Shown here: positions 48,066 to 58,048 of the stretch, in pieces
Position numbering within the stretch: position 1 is the stretch's first letter
How the letters are laid out: every line of letters begins with the position of its first letter
Assembly (NCBI GenBank): GCA_022826665.1
Contig: JAJDUK010000005.1
Coordinates: 55,262 to 119,261 of the forward strand
From: Alphaproteobacteria bacterium
Lineage (GTDB): Bacteria; Pseudomonadota; Alphaproteobacteria; UBA828
Length of the DNA: 64,000 bases
Direction: 5' to 3'
Position numbers and translations under genes: made by a program
Notes under the pieces: generated by a model
Told to the model about the DNA's origin: nothing
Databases searched by the model: none
Seen by the model: the letters and a program-made list of their open reading frames with translations, nothing else

Positions 48066-48758
48066 ATGTGTGGCCGGTTTACCCAGAGGCTCTCGTGGAG
48101 AGAGCTGCACGAGCGGATGGATCTCATCGGCACCCCGCTCAACCTGCGGCCCCGCTACAACGTGGCGCCGAGCCAGGACGTGGCGGTCGCGCGCGCCGCC
48201 CAGGAAGGCCGCACCCTTTCCATGCTGCGTTGGGGGTTGATACCCGCCTGGGCGAAGGACCCGGCGATCGGCTACAAGCTCATCAACGCCCGGTCCGAGA
48301 CGGTCGCAGAGAAGCCGTCCTTCCGATCGGCCTTCCGCCATCGGCGCTGCCTGATCCCCGCGGACGGCTTCTACGAGTGGCAGCGCCGGGGCGGGACCCG
48401 GCAGCCCTGGCGGTTCGGCCTCCGGGACGGCGCCCCCATGATCTTCGCAGGCTTGTGGGAACGCTGGACTGTTCCCGAGGGTGCCGCCCTCACCGGATCG
48501 CTCGCCGAGCGCAGCCCCGGCGATGCGGTCGAGACCTGCACGATCCTCACCACCGCCGCCAACGAGACGGTCGCGCCAGTGCACGGCCGCATGCCGGTCA
48601 TCCTGCCGCCGGACGCCTGGGATGCCTGGCTCGCGGGTGAGGAGGTTTCGCTCGCCCCGTACTTGGCGGACGACACTACGGCTCATCCGGTCTCGACGCA
48701 CGTCAACCGGCCGGCCAACGACGACCCGCGCTGCATCGAGCCGATTTCGCTGAACTGA
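48066..48758 (+). CDS. SOS response-associated peptidase (SRAP/YedK/HMCES family; abasic-site processing protein)
   Basis: N-terminal MCGRF with catalytic Cys2. YNVAPSQDV and GFYEWQ blocks. Confidence 0.85.
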   Translation: MCGRFTQRLSWRELHERMDLIGTPLNLRPRYNVAPSQDVAVARAAQEGRTLSMLRWGLIPAWAKDPAIGYKLINARSETVAEKPSFRSAFRHRRCLIPADGFYEWQRRGGTRQPWRFGLRDGAPMIFAGLWERWTVPEGAALTGSLAERSPGDAVETCTILTTAANETVAPVHGRMPVILPPDAWDAWLAGEEVSLAPYLADDTTAHPVSTHVNRPANDDPRCIEPISLN

Positions 48759-49068
48759 TCCCCGGCCGCCCGGCGGCCTGAGCGTCCCGCTGCCGACGGC
48801 AGCGGCAGGGATCGGCGTCGGTGTTCCATCCCCCTTCTTCACGCGTGTCTCCGTCCGGAGTCCGGTCAGCCGGAGCCGGTCAGGCCGGCGGGTCGGCGCG
48901 GGAGGACGCGCGACTCGCCGGAATCCCGACTACGCCATTCCAGCCTGGAGACCGCCCATGCTCCACCGGATCCCCGACCACGACCGCGTCGTCCTGCGCC
49001 GCATCCAGGAGGCGGTTCGCTTCGTGCGGGTTTCGCTGCCCGACACCACCCCGGAAGGGAGCTGAGCC

Positions 49069-49713
49069 ATGCCGAGGATCATCAAGACCACCGTATTCAC
49101 CATCGACGAGCTCTCAGATGCCGCGAAGGAGAAAGCCCGCGCCTGGTATCGCGAGTCCTGTTTCGACTACGAGTGGTACGACTGCGTCTACGAGGATTTC
49201 CAGACCATCTGCGGGATCCTCGGCGTGACGCTCGCCACCAGCCCGGTACGCCTCTATGGCGGCGGCACGCGGGACAAGCAGCAAATTTTCTGGACCGGTT
49301 TCAGCTCACAGGGCGACGGCGCCTCGTTTGCCGGTCACTACAGCCACGCCAAAGGCGCCGCCAGGGCCATTCGCGCCTACGCGCCCAAGGATGACGAGCT
49401 GCACCGTATCGCAGACGCATTGCAGGCCGTTCAACGTCGGAATATCTGGCAGCTACACGCGTCCATTTGCCAGCGCGGCCGTTACTGCCACGAATACACC
49501 ATGACGATCGAGGTCGAGCGCGAAAGCCCAACCTGGCAGCCGCCGACGGACGATGCCGAGGACGCGGTGACCGAAGCGTTGCGCGATCTGGCACGCTGGC
49601 TCTACCGGCAGCTCCGGGACACCTACGAGGCCGAAACCTCCGACTGCGCCGTCGACGAGGCCATGGAGATCAACGGCTGGACCTTCACCGCCGAGGGAAA
49701 CAGGTTCGGCTGA
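49069..49713 (+). CDS. hypothetical protein (214 aa), ICE-associated
   Basis: Clean ORF with good codon usage. No motif recognised. Confidence 0.35.
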   Translation: MPRIIKTTVFTIDELSDAAKEKARAWYRESCFDYEWYDCVYEDFQTICGILGVTLATSPVRLYGGGTRDKQQIFWTGFSSQGDGASFAGHYSHAKGAARAIRAYAPKDDELHRIADALQAVQRRNIWQLHASICQRGRYCHEYTMTIEVERESPTWQPPTDDAEDAVTEALRDLARWLYRQLRDTYEAETSDCAVDEAMEINGWTFTAEGNRFG

Positions 49714-49855
49714 CGAGGCGCATCGATCGAAGTTCACCCCGCCAATTCCGGACTTTCATCTTGCCGTTGGCGGTCTTCGCTCCCCACAAATCCGCCGCCG
49801 ACCGATCATTGACAGCGCCGTACTCCGTCGGGCAATCCATCGCCGCTCTCGCCCA

Positions 49856-50902
49856 ATGAATCCAACGATCCCCATGACCGACCTTTACGCCATCAACGTT
49901 CACCTTCAGGAACGGCTCGAACGGGACTGGCGCGAGGAAGTTCGCGCCGCCGAGGCCGCGCGCTGGCTGGACGAAGCCGGCCTTCTGCGAAACTACAAGA
50001 ACGGCCTGCCGCTGCGCAGATTGCTGCGCGCCGGACGCATCGCAGGCCAGCAACAGCGCCCAGACCGGAAGAACGGCGCATGGTTCATTCGTCGGCTCGC
50101 GGCGTCCCGCGACCCCGACGCGATCCGTGACGCCCGCTATCGGCTCCGGCGCTGTCTCCCCATCGACCGTGGCGTGCTGCCGCCCGACTGGCCGGTGAAC
50201 CAGGGTCCCGCCGTCTTCTGGCAGGAACTGGGCAAGACGGTCGCGACCTTCGGATACTTGGAGCACATTCTGGCCTCCACCTGCTACGCGCTCCTCGCGA
50301 CGGGCGAGAGGGCCGTCACGCTTCTCGAGGCGAACGACCATGCAGCCATGCGCCGGTGGACCAAGCGACTCCTGCGCTCCCAGACCGACAGCATGCGCCC
50401 TCTCACCCGCGAGCTCGACCGGGTCCTGACCGAGACCGGCCTGGTTCCCCGCGCCGTTCGCGAGGATCTCGTAGCGCGTCTCGATGAACTCCGGCCCTGG
50501 CGCAACGCCCTCTGCCACGGCGCGTGGCTCAGCGTCGCCGAAGACGGTTCCGCCCGCCTTGAGCACCTCTATAGGGACGACGAGGACCTTCCCGTCGCGT
50601 TCGAGCGGAACGTTGGAGTCAAGGACCTGTCCGACGTCCGCGCACGCACGGTCGATATCACCATACGCATCGCCGAAGCAGCCTCCGTCGCCGGCCCCGC
50701 CTACACCCATATGGGCGGCGTCGGCTACGCCCTCGCCACCGTCATGCCGCGCATGTACGAGCCGCGGAACGCCCCTCCCGAACCGGAGCTGCTGCACGCG
50801 GCCCGGCGCGCGGTCGAGCGCGACAGCACGCTTAGCAAAGAGAGACTTACCCGGCGCCTGGGGGCGCTCGATAGCGGGATCGCGCCGACCGAACCGGAAT
50901 AG
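49856..50902 (+). CDS. hypothetical protein with C-terminal HEPN-like R-x4-H motif
   Basis: LDELRPWRNALCHGAWL contains RNALCH (Rx4H) within a predicted helical segment. Otherwise no motif recognised. Confidence 0.4.
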   Translation: MNPTIPMTDLYAINVHLQERLERDWREEVRAAEAARWLDEAGLLRNYKNGLPLRRLLRAGRIAGQQQRPDRKNGAWFIRRLAASRDPDAIRDARYRLRRCLPIDRGVLPPDWPVNQGPAVFWQELGKTVATFGYLEHILASTCYALLATGERAVTLLEANDHAAMRRWTKRLLRSQTDSMRPLTRELDRVLTETGLVPRAVREDLVARLDELRPWRNALCHGAWLSVAEDGSARLEHLYRDDEDLPVAFERNVGVKDLSDVRARTVDITIRIAEAASVAGPAYTHMGGVGYALATVMPRMYEPRNAPPEPELLHAARRAVERDSTLSKERLTRRLGALDSGIAPTEPE

Positions 50903-50911
50903 CGAAATCTC

Positions 50912-51166
50912 TCAACCTCCTCGGCCGGCCGCTCCGTTGGATGCCACCATCGGGCTGCGCCCCGGCGAACTGCCGAAGCAGCGCATCCCGCAGAGTTCGA
51001 CAAGTGCGACCTCGGCCGGTGCGACGAGTTTCAGCCGGCCGCGGTCGCCGGTTACCCGCTTCTCCGGCCGGCGCTTACTCGCCTCGCGCGGCGCTATTTC
51101 GACGGTGAACAGCAGGTCCTCCCGCGAGACCGGGCGGACGGATATCTCGTGCATCGGCTGAGCCAT
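50912..51166 (-). CDS. small conserved hypothetical protein, paralog B (85 aa)
   Basis: MAQPMHEISVRPVSREDLLFTVEIAPREASKRRPEKRVTGDRGRLKLVAPAEVALVELCGMRCFGS is collinear with paralog A at 47724..47999. Start placed by frame arithmetic inside ORF 50912..51655. Confidence 0.45.
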   Translation of the reverse strand: MAQPMHEISVRPVSREDLLFTVEIAPREASKRRPEKRVTGDRGRLKLVAPAEVALVELCGMRCFGSSPGRSPMVASNGAAGRGG

Positions 51167-51461
51167 CGCCTGAAAACGATTCGAGAATTCTAGCTGCCAC
51201 AGGCAACGCTGCGGCCGATTACCCCGCAGCTGTACTTTTCCGCCTTCAGGCCTGAACGCTCTCCGGGATCCCGCTGGCACCGCCTGGGCGGACCGTCCGC
51301 CGTTCCAGCGGCTCATTCCCTTCATCTTCACGTCTCCGTGCGTCTCGCCGGCGTCAGGACGGCCAGCCGGCCGTGGGCGGTCCGGTGGAGCTGGGCGGGA
51401 GGAATTCCTCCCCTCGGCGCATCCCGCCGGTCTTCCGCCCCAGCCGTACGGAGACCGCCCC

Positions 51462-54400
51462 ATGCTCGACGCCCCGCAGGCGCCGGACGCTCTCGCGCGT
51501 CCGCTTCCTCCCGCCATCGCCTCCGACACGTCCGCAACGCCGGCCCGCCCCGTCGTGGGCGATGCCCTGTTCGCCGCGGCCCAAACCCTGCTGCCGGTGC
51601 TGGAGGCCGGCCGGTCCCTCGACGCCGCGACGCTGCGGGACGCCATGACGGACACTTTCGGCGCGTCCGACTCCGAGGGCGCCTGGGTCTGGAAGGACGC
51701 CTACGAGGCCGCCGAAGCAGCCGTCGTGAACTTCATGCAGCGTTACGGCCGGGGCATGCGCCGGGCCGCCGGCGACGGCGGGCCGCGCCGCATGCTGGCG
51801 ATGCTGGAGGCCCTCGCGGCGCTGGAGCCCTCCCACACCAGGCGCTCCGAGGAGCAGGTGCGGCTCCAGCAGTTCTCGACGCCGCTGCCGCTCGCCTATG
51901 CCGCGCTCCAGGCCGCCGCGATTCGGCCGGGCGACATCGTGCTGGAGCCCTCGGCCGGCACCGGCATGCTGGCTGTGATGGCGCAGTGCGCGCTTGGCAA
52001 TTCCGCCGCCGGCAATCTCCATCTCAACGAATACGCTCGCGTCAGGGCACGGTTGCTGACACGGCTGTTCCCCGAGGCGGTGGTCACCGCGTTCAACGCC
52101 GAGACCATCGCGGATTGGCTGCGCGATGTCCGGCCCACCGTGGTGCTGATGAACCCGCCGTTTTCGGCGACGCCGGGGGTGCATCGCATCACCCGCGACG
52201 CCGACCTCCGGCATGTCCGCTCGGCCGCCTCCATGCTGCCGCCCGGCGGGCGCCTGGTGACCATCACATCCGCCCATTGCGCGCCCGGCGACACCGTCGG
52301 CCGTCTCGATCCCCCGGCCCGCTGCGTCTTCACCATGGCCATCGACGGCAGCGCCTATGCCCGCCGGGGCACCGCCTTTGACACCCGTCTCACCGTGCTG
52401 GAGCGCGGCGACGGACCCGACGTGGAGCTGGACGGGACAGCCCGCGCGGCCAACGCCGGCGAGCTGCTCGACGCGGTTATTTCGCGGGTGCCGCCTCGGT
52501 CACCCATCACTGTGCCGTCGGTCCCGGCCGGTCCTGCGCGCGACCTGTTCGGCAAACCGGTCGCCCCCGCGAAGCGGCGGGGTCCCAAGTCCGCCTCGAC
52601 CCCCGAGACCCGGCAGGCCCATGACTGGGGGGCGGTTTCGGAGCTGGTCGTCGAGACCGGGCCGGTCGATGCCGCGGCAGATGCCACTGCCAACGACGCC
52701 GGCCCCTACGCACCCTGGCGGCCGGGCGTCGTTCGTGTGCCGGGCGCGGTCGAGCATCCGACGCCGCTGGTGCAGTCCGCCGCCATGGCCGCCGTCCCGC
52801 ATCCCGCGCCGGCCTGGCGCCCGATGCTGCCGGAACGCGTGGTGACGGACGGCATGCTGTCCGACGCCCAGCTCGAGAGCGTCGTGCTGGCGGGGGAAGC
52901 CCATTCCCGCCATCTCGCCGCGGAGTACCGGATCGGATCCCAGTGGGAAACAGTCCACCGCTGCTCGAAGGACGGCGAGGACGGCAACGACGAGGAGGTC
53001 GATACCTCCCTCGTCACCCAGGAGAACGAGACCCTGTCGGAGCCGGTGCGCTTCCGCCGGGGCTGGATGCTGGGCGACGGCACCGGATGCGGCAAGGGCA
53101 GGCAGGTCGCCGCCATCATCCTCGACAACCGGCTGCGCGGCAGGAAGCGCGCCCTCTGGCTGTCGCAGTCGGACAAGCTGCTGGAGGACGCGCGTCGCGA
53201 CTGGACGGCGCTCGGTGGGCTGGACAGCGACATCATCCCGCTGGGCAATTTCCGCCAGGGGATGGAGATCCCGCTCGATGCGGGCATCCTGTTCGCGACA
53301 TACGCCACGCTGCGCTCGCCGTCCCGCCAGGGCAAGCCCTCGCGGCTGGAGCAGATCGTGGAATGGCTGGCCGGCTCGCTCGACGAGGAGGACCGCCACG
53401 CCTTCGACGGAGTGATCGTCTTCGACGAGGCGCACGCCATGGCGAACGCCGCCGGCTCCAAGTCCGAGCGCGGCGAGACCAAGCCGTCCCAGCAAGGTCG
53501 CGCCGGCCTGCGGCTCCAGAACGCCCTGCCGGACGCCCGCATCGCCTATGTCTCGGCCACCGGCGCGACGACGGTGCCGGGATTGGCGTATGCGGGTCGT
53601 CTGGGCTTGTGGGGCGCTGGCGAGACGCCATTCGAGAAGCGCGTCGAGTTCGTCTCCGCCATGGAGGCCGGCGGCGTCGCCGCGATGGAAGTCGTTGCAA
53701 GGGACCTGAAGGCGCTCGGTCTCTACCAGGCGAGAGCCTTGGCCTATGACGGGATCGAGGTCGACATCCTCGAACACCCGCTCACCCCTGAGCAGCGGCG
53801 CATCTACGACTCCTATGCCGGCGCCTTCAAGGTGATCCACGCCAACATCGAGGAGGCCCTGAAGGCCACCGGCATCGTCCAGGGCGAGGACACGCTGAAC
53901 AAGAACGCCAAGGCGGCCGCGCTCTCCGCCTTCGAGGGCACCAAGCAGCGCTTCTTCGGCCATCTTCTGACCGGCATGAAGTGCCCCTCGACGATCCGCG
54001 CGATCGAGGCCGACCTCGCCGCCGGCCGGTCGGCGGTCGTCCAGCTCGTGTCCACGGGCGAGGCATTGATGGAACGCCGCATCGCCGAGGTCCCGGCTTC
54101 CGAGTGGGACGACCTCAACATCGACCTCACGCCCCGGGACGCGATCCTGTCCTACCTGATGCACGCCTTCCCGGTGCAGTTGCAGGAGCCGTTCACCGAC
54201 GACGGCGGCAATCTCCTCAGCCGGCCCGCCAGGGACGCCGACGGCAACCCGGTGATCTGCAAGGAGGCCGAGGACCGGCGCGACGCGCTGATCGAGAAGC
54301 TGGCGGCGCTGCCGCCGGTGCCGACGGCGCTCGACCAGATCGTGCAGAAGTTCGGGCACGAGGCGGTCGCGGAGGTCACTGGCCGGTCGCGGCGCGTGCT

Positions 54401-55946
54401 CAGGATCACGGACGCCAAGGGCGAACGCCTCTCGCTGCGCAGCCGGCCCGCTTCTGCCAACCTCGCCGAGACCGCCGCATTCATGGACGGCGAGAAGCGC
54501 ATCCTCGTGTTCTCCATGGCGGGCGGCACGGGCCGCAGCTACCACGCCGACCTGTCCTGCGGGAACACCGAGCGCCGCATCCATTACTTGCTGGAGCCGG
54601 GCTGGCGCGCGGACCAGGCCATCCAGGGGCTCGGTCGCACCCACCGCACGCACCAGGCCAGCGCGCCGCTGTTCCGGCCCGTCACCACGGACGTGAAGGG
54701 CGAGCGCAGGTTCATCGCCACCATCGCACGGCGGCTCGACTCGCTCGGGGCCATCACGCGCGGCCAGCGCGACAGCCAGACCGCCATGGGCGGCAGCGAC
54801 GCCGCTCTGTTCCGCGAGAGCGACAATCTCGAGAGCGTCTATGCCAAGGCCGCATTGCGGCAGTTCTACGGCGCGCTCTGGCGCGGTTCCATCCAGGGCT
54901 GGAACGTTGAACGCTTCCAGGTTTCGACGGGTCTCAAGATCGTGCACGAGGGCGGGCTCAAGGACGACCTGCCGCCCATGCCGAAGTTCCTAAACCGGCT
55001 GCTGGCGCTGCCCATCGCCGAGCAGAACCAGCTTTTCGCCGAGCTGGAGGCGCGCATCGCGTCCAACATCGAGCAGGCCATCGAGGCCGGCAGCTACGAG
55101 GTCGGGGTCGAGACCGTGACCGCCGACTCGCTGGTAATCGCCGGCCGGGAAACCCTCTACGAGCATCCCGGCACTGGGGCGGCGACCGAGCTGGTCGAGA
55201 TCGTCCGCCGCAACAAGCTGGTGCCGCTGACCGCCGAGGACGCGCTGGAGATCGGCGAACGGGAGCCGGGACCGGACGGCAAGCCGCGCCTCGCCGTCAA
55301 CGCCCGCTCGAAGCGTGCCGCGGTCATCCTTCCGGCCGCGTCGCGGATGCTGGACGACGGCGGGGTGAAGGAGCGGGTGCGGCTTCTCCGTCCCGCGACC
55401 GGCGAGAGCATGGCGAAGGCCGAGCTCGACGCCTCCAACTGGCGCCGGGCCGACCAGGCACAGTGGCGGCGCATCTGGGACGCCGAGATCGCCGGCCTGC
55501 CGTCCCACCGGGACTCGCGCTTCTGGCTCGCCTCCGGCCTGCTGCTGCCCGTCTGGGACCGGCTGCCGGCCGAGAACATGCGGGTCCGCCGGCTCACCAG
55601 CGATGACGGCATCTCCCTCATCGGGCGCGTGCTGGACGCCGAGCAGGTGCGTGCCGTGCGCGCCGGGTTCGGCCTCGACGGCGGTCCCGCCATGACCGGC
55701 GCGGAGGCCTTCGCGGCAGTCATGGAGCGCGGCAACGCGCTCGCGCTCGCCAACGGCTGGCGGCTTGCCCGCCGGCGCCTGATGGGCCGCAACCGGATCG
55801 AGCTTGAGGGGCCGGCGGACACCGACCTGCCGGCGCTCCGGCGCATGGGATGCACGGTCGAGATTGTCTCGTTCCGGGCCCGGATATTCGCGCCCAACGC
55901 CGGCGCGATGGAACGCATCCTCGACCGCTGGCCGCTCGCCGCGTGA
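51462..55946 (+). CDS. N6-adenine/N4-cytosine-type DNA methyltransferase fused to SNF2/DEAH-box superfamily-2 helicase (ICE orphan MTase-helicase)
   Basis: 1494-aa ORF. VLEPSAGTGML (motif I) and VVLMNPPF (motif IV, NPPF) in the N-terminal 300 aa. GDGTGCGKGRQ (Walker A) and VIVFDEAHAM (DEAH) in the central helicase domain. Confidence 0.75.
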   Translation: MLDAPQAPDALARPLPPAIASDTSATPARPVVGDALFAAAQTLLPVLEAGRSLDAATLRDAMTDTFGASDSEGAWVWKDAYEAAEAAVVNFMQRYGRGMRRAAGDGGPRRMLAMLEALAALEPSHTRRSEEQVRLQQFSTPLPLAYAALQAAAIRPGDIVLEPSAGTGMLAVMAQCALGNSAAGNLHLNEYARVRARLLTRLFPEAVVTAFNAETIADWLRDVRPTVVLMNPPFSATPGVHRITRDADLRHVRSAASMLPPGGRLVTITSAHCAPGDTVGRLDPPARCVFTMAIDGSAYARRGTAFDTRLTVLERGDGPDVELDGTARAANAGELLDAVISRVPPRSPITVPSVPAGPARDLFGKPVAPAKRRGPKSASTPETRQAHDWGAVSELVVETGPVDAAADATANDAGPYAPWRPGVVRVPGAVEHPTPLVQSAAMAAVPHPAPAWRPMLPERVVTDGMLSDAQLESVVLAGEAHSRHLAAEYRIGSQWETVHRCSKDGEDGNDEEVDTSLVTQENETLSEPVRFRRGWMLGDGTGCGKGRQVAAIILDNRLRGRKRALWLSQSDKLLEDARRDWTALGGLDSDIIPLGNFRQGMEIPLDAGILFATYATLRSPSRQGKPSRLEQIVEWLAGSLDEEDRHAFDGVIVFDEAHAMANAAGSKSERGETKPSQQGRAGLRLQNALPDARIAYVSATGATTVPGLAYAGRLGLWGAGETPFEKRVEFVSAMEAGGVAAMEVVARDLKALGLYQARALAYDGIEVDILEHPLTPEQRRIYDSYAGAFKVIHANIEEALKATGIVQGEDTLNKNAKAAALSAFEGTKQRFFGHLLTGMKCPSTIRAIEADLAAGRSAVVQLVSTGEALMERRIAEVPASEWDDLNIDLTPRDAILSYLMHAFPVQLQEPFTDDGGNLLSRPARDADGNPVICKEAEDRRDALIEKLAALPPVPTALDQIVQKFGHEAVAEVTGRSRRVLRITDAKGERLSLRSRPASANLAETAAFMDGEKRILVFSMAGGTGRSYHADLSCGNTERRIHYLLEPGWRADQAIQGLGRTHRTHQASAPLFRPVTTDVKGERRFIATIARRLDSLGAITRGQRDSQTAMGGSDAALFRESDNLESVYAKAALRQFYGALWRGSIQGWNVERFQVSTGLKIVHEGGLKDDLPPMPKFLNRLLALPIAEQNQLFAELEARIASNIEQAIEAGSYEVGVETVTADSLVIAGRETLYEHPGTGAATELVEIVRRNKLVPLTAEDALEIGEREPGPDGKPRLAVNARSKRAAVILPAASRMLDDGGVKERVRLLRPATGESMAKAELDASNWRRADQAQWRRIWDAEIAGLPSHRDSRFWLASGLLLPVWDRLPAENMRVRRLTSDDGISLIGRVLDAEQVRAVRAGFGLDGGPAMTGAEAFAAVMERGNALALANGWRLARRRLMGRNRIELEGPADTDLPALRRMGCTVEIVSFRARIFAPNAGAMERILDRWPLAA

Positions 55947-56037
55947 CTCGCGGAGAATTCACCCGTTCAATGCCCGGCCGGGATACCTATTGCCGGCCGG
56001 GCGGCGGCCGGAGCCGCCGCAATCGAAGGAGAACCCC

Positions 56038-56307
56038 ATGACCGCGCAGACCCTGCCGGACAATCCGAATTTCTGTTTCTGCCCGGCCTACGACGTCGAG
56101 ACCGAGGTGCAGCAGATCAGAATCGTCATCGAAGGCCTCGCCGGGCACGTCCCGACCGCGCTCATCTCCCTCGACCTCGACGACGCCCTCAGCATCTGCG
56201 ACAAGCTGAACCGCCGGCTTGGCCTCGACCGGGAAGCTTGGACCGCCATGGTCGCCGCCTCCATGCGCGCCGAGGACGAGGACCCCGAGAGCGACCCCTG
56301 GCATTGA
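56038..56307 (+). CDS. hypothetical small protein (89 aa)
   Basis: ATG at 56038 by frame arithmetic, with an AAGGAG RBS. Confidence 0.35.
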   Translation: MTAQTLPDNPNFCFCPAYDVETEVQQIRIVIEGLAGHVPTALISLDLDDALSICDKLNRRLGLDREAWTAMVAASMRAEDEDPESDPWH

Positions 56308-56317
56308 GTCCGGCCCC

Positions 56318-56334
56318 CTGCTGCGCAGCCGGCC
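56318..56334 (+). repeat. 17-bp direct repeat copy 1 (CTGCTGCGCAGCCGGCC, contains 10-bp palindrome GCTGCGCAGC)
   Basis: Exact 17-mer seen three times in the same orientation. This copy lies 11 bp after the stop of the upstream small gene. Confidence 0.6.
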
Positions 56335-56565
56335 CGGCATCATCCAGGACCCCGGTTGGACGGGCGGCCGCTATCCGCAGACCATCCCGTCGCCGTCGCG
56401 GTCGTAGGTATCTGTATGGGCCGAGTGGTTGCGCGACAACGGCGTGATGCCGTCACGCATGGCTCCATCGAGGGGCAATCGAGGACGCCTGGATAACATT
56501 GGCCGGGTATGTGCAGATTCCACCGTCGTGGATGTGCCATGGAGCACTGAACGGGAGGAAGCGGC

Positions 56566-57747
56566 ATGCGGCGCCATCTTGTGGTTTGCACCGACGGAAC
56601 TTGGAACACGCCTGATCGGCGTGACCGCGGACGGATTGTCCCGAGCAACGTGGTCAAGGTGGCACGGGCGGTTGCCGGCTTCAATACCTCCGCTATCGAG
56701 CAAAAGGTCTATTACGATGCCGGCGTTGGCACGGGGGATTGGTGGGATCGAATCAAGGGCGGCGCCTTCGGATTCGGGCTATCGCAAAACGTGAAACAGG
56801 CCTACGTGGCCCTCGGGGAGATCTTCGCACGGGGTGACAAAATATTCCTGTTCGGCTTTTCGCGCGGTGCCTATACGGCGCGCAGTCTCGCTGGCCTGAT
56901 CGGACTGTGCGGAATTCCGGATAGTCAGAAAGGCAATGTCACGAGGATCGCCGAGGAGGCATTCAGGATTTACCGCTTAAGCCTTCGATCGCTCGACAGA
57001 GCAAATCAAGCGGAACAACACATCGAGACGTACTCCCACACGAAGAACGGCCGTGTTCTCAACAAAATCCACTTCATCGGCGTCTGGGATACCGTGGGCG
57101 CCCTCGGAATCCCGCTCGGGTTGTTCAGGGCATACAACCGGTACCGATTCCAGTTCCACGACACAGATCTGGGTGGCCATATCGAGAGAGCGTACCACGC
57201 GCTGGCGATCGACGAACGCCGCCGACCGTTCAAACCGACGCTATGGTTAGCCGCCAATGCACCGACGAAACAGGTCGTGGAACAGTTCTGGTTTCCGGGG
57301 GTTCATACCAACATCGGGGGCGGCTATATCGACCATGGGCTGTCGGATCGGGCGTTTCTGTGGATGTGCATCAAGGCGCGGGACGCAGGTCTCGGGTTCA
57401 AGGCCGACTACATGAACCTTCGCGTGATCCCCGACTATCACGGCGAGCTGAGAAATTCCCGGGTGGGGTTTTACAGACTGCTGCCTGCGAAAACGCGTTT
57501 GATCGGGACGACCAAAGCCGTGGGAGAGGCGATACATTACTCGGCGGAGGAGCGGTTCGAACATGCGACGGAACGCAACTACCAGGAGGGGCACGCGAGC
57601 AAGAACCTGGGCCCGCTCTTAAAGGATGCCGGGAAGATTGGAGGGCCGAGTGTGGCGCCTGCACTGAGAGCGGAGAAAGCGTTTCACAGCCGCCTGTCTG
57701 GGTACTTTTGGAAGGATGGCGGAGGATCGCCCAAGTCGTTCCCGTAA
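56566..57747 (+). CDS. DUF2235 domain alpha/beta hydrolase (Tle1-like phospholipase fold)
   Basis: LVVCTDGTWN N-terminus, GFSRGAYTAR (GxSxG nucleophile elbow), GVWDTVGALG. Lower GC than neighbours. Confidence 0.7.
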   Translation: MRRHLVVCTDGTWNTPDRRDRGRIVPSNVVKVARAVAGFNTSAIEQKVYYDAGVGTGDWWDRIKGGAFGFGLSQNVKQAYVALGEIFARGDKIFLFGFSRGAYTARSLAGLIGLCGIPDSQKGNVTRIAEEAFRIYRLSLRSLDRANQAEQHIETYSHTKNGRVLNKIHFIGVWDTVGALGIPLGLFRAYNRYRFQFHDTDLGGHIERAYHALAIDERRRPFKPTLWLAANAPTKQVVEQFWFPGVHTNIGGGYIDHGLSDRAFLWMCIKARDAGLGFKADYMNLRVIPDYHGELRNSRVGFYRLLPAKTRLIGTTKAVGEAIHYSAEERFEHATERNYQEGHASKNLGPLLKDAGKIGGPSVAPALRAEKAFHSRLSGYFWKDGGGSPKSFP

Positions 57748-57838
57748 CAGGCTATGCGCGCCAGCGCACGAAGCCCGCTGAAGAGATATTGAGAATTTGG
57801 GGTGTTGCCGTTCTGGCCGAACGGACGGACGGTGTCGT

Positions 57839-57855
57839 CTGCTGCGCAGCCGGCC
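57839..57855 (+). repeat. 17-bp direct repeat copy 2 (CTGCTGCGCAGCCGGCC)
   Basis: Exact copy about 90 bp after the stop of the DUF2235 gene. Confidence 0.6.
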
Positions 57856-58048
57856 CGAATCCCCCGAGCCTATCCCGCCGTACGCCGCGCACAGGCAGGC
57901 CCGGCGCACGCACGGCGACCGTCGGAGGGGCGGGCAGTTCCCGAAGGCCAACCCAGTACCGCTAGTCTCCGCCGGCGGTGGGAAACCGTGGATCGCCGCC
58001 TCCGAGACCGTCTGACTCAAAGCCCGCCGCGCGACTGCGCCGTCTTCC

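Noticed and set aside
52500-54947. 815-aa minus-strand ORF antisense to the MTase-helicase gene
   Set aside because: Same reasoning. The sense strand carries unambiguous MTase and helicase motifs and the antisense translation is low complexity.
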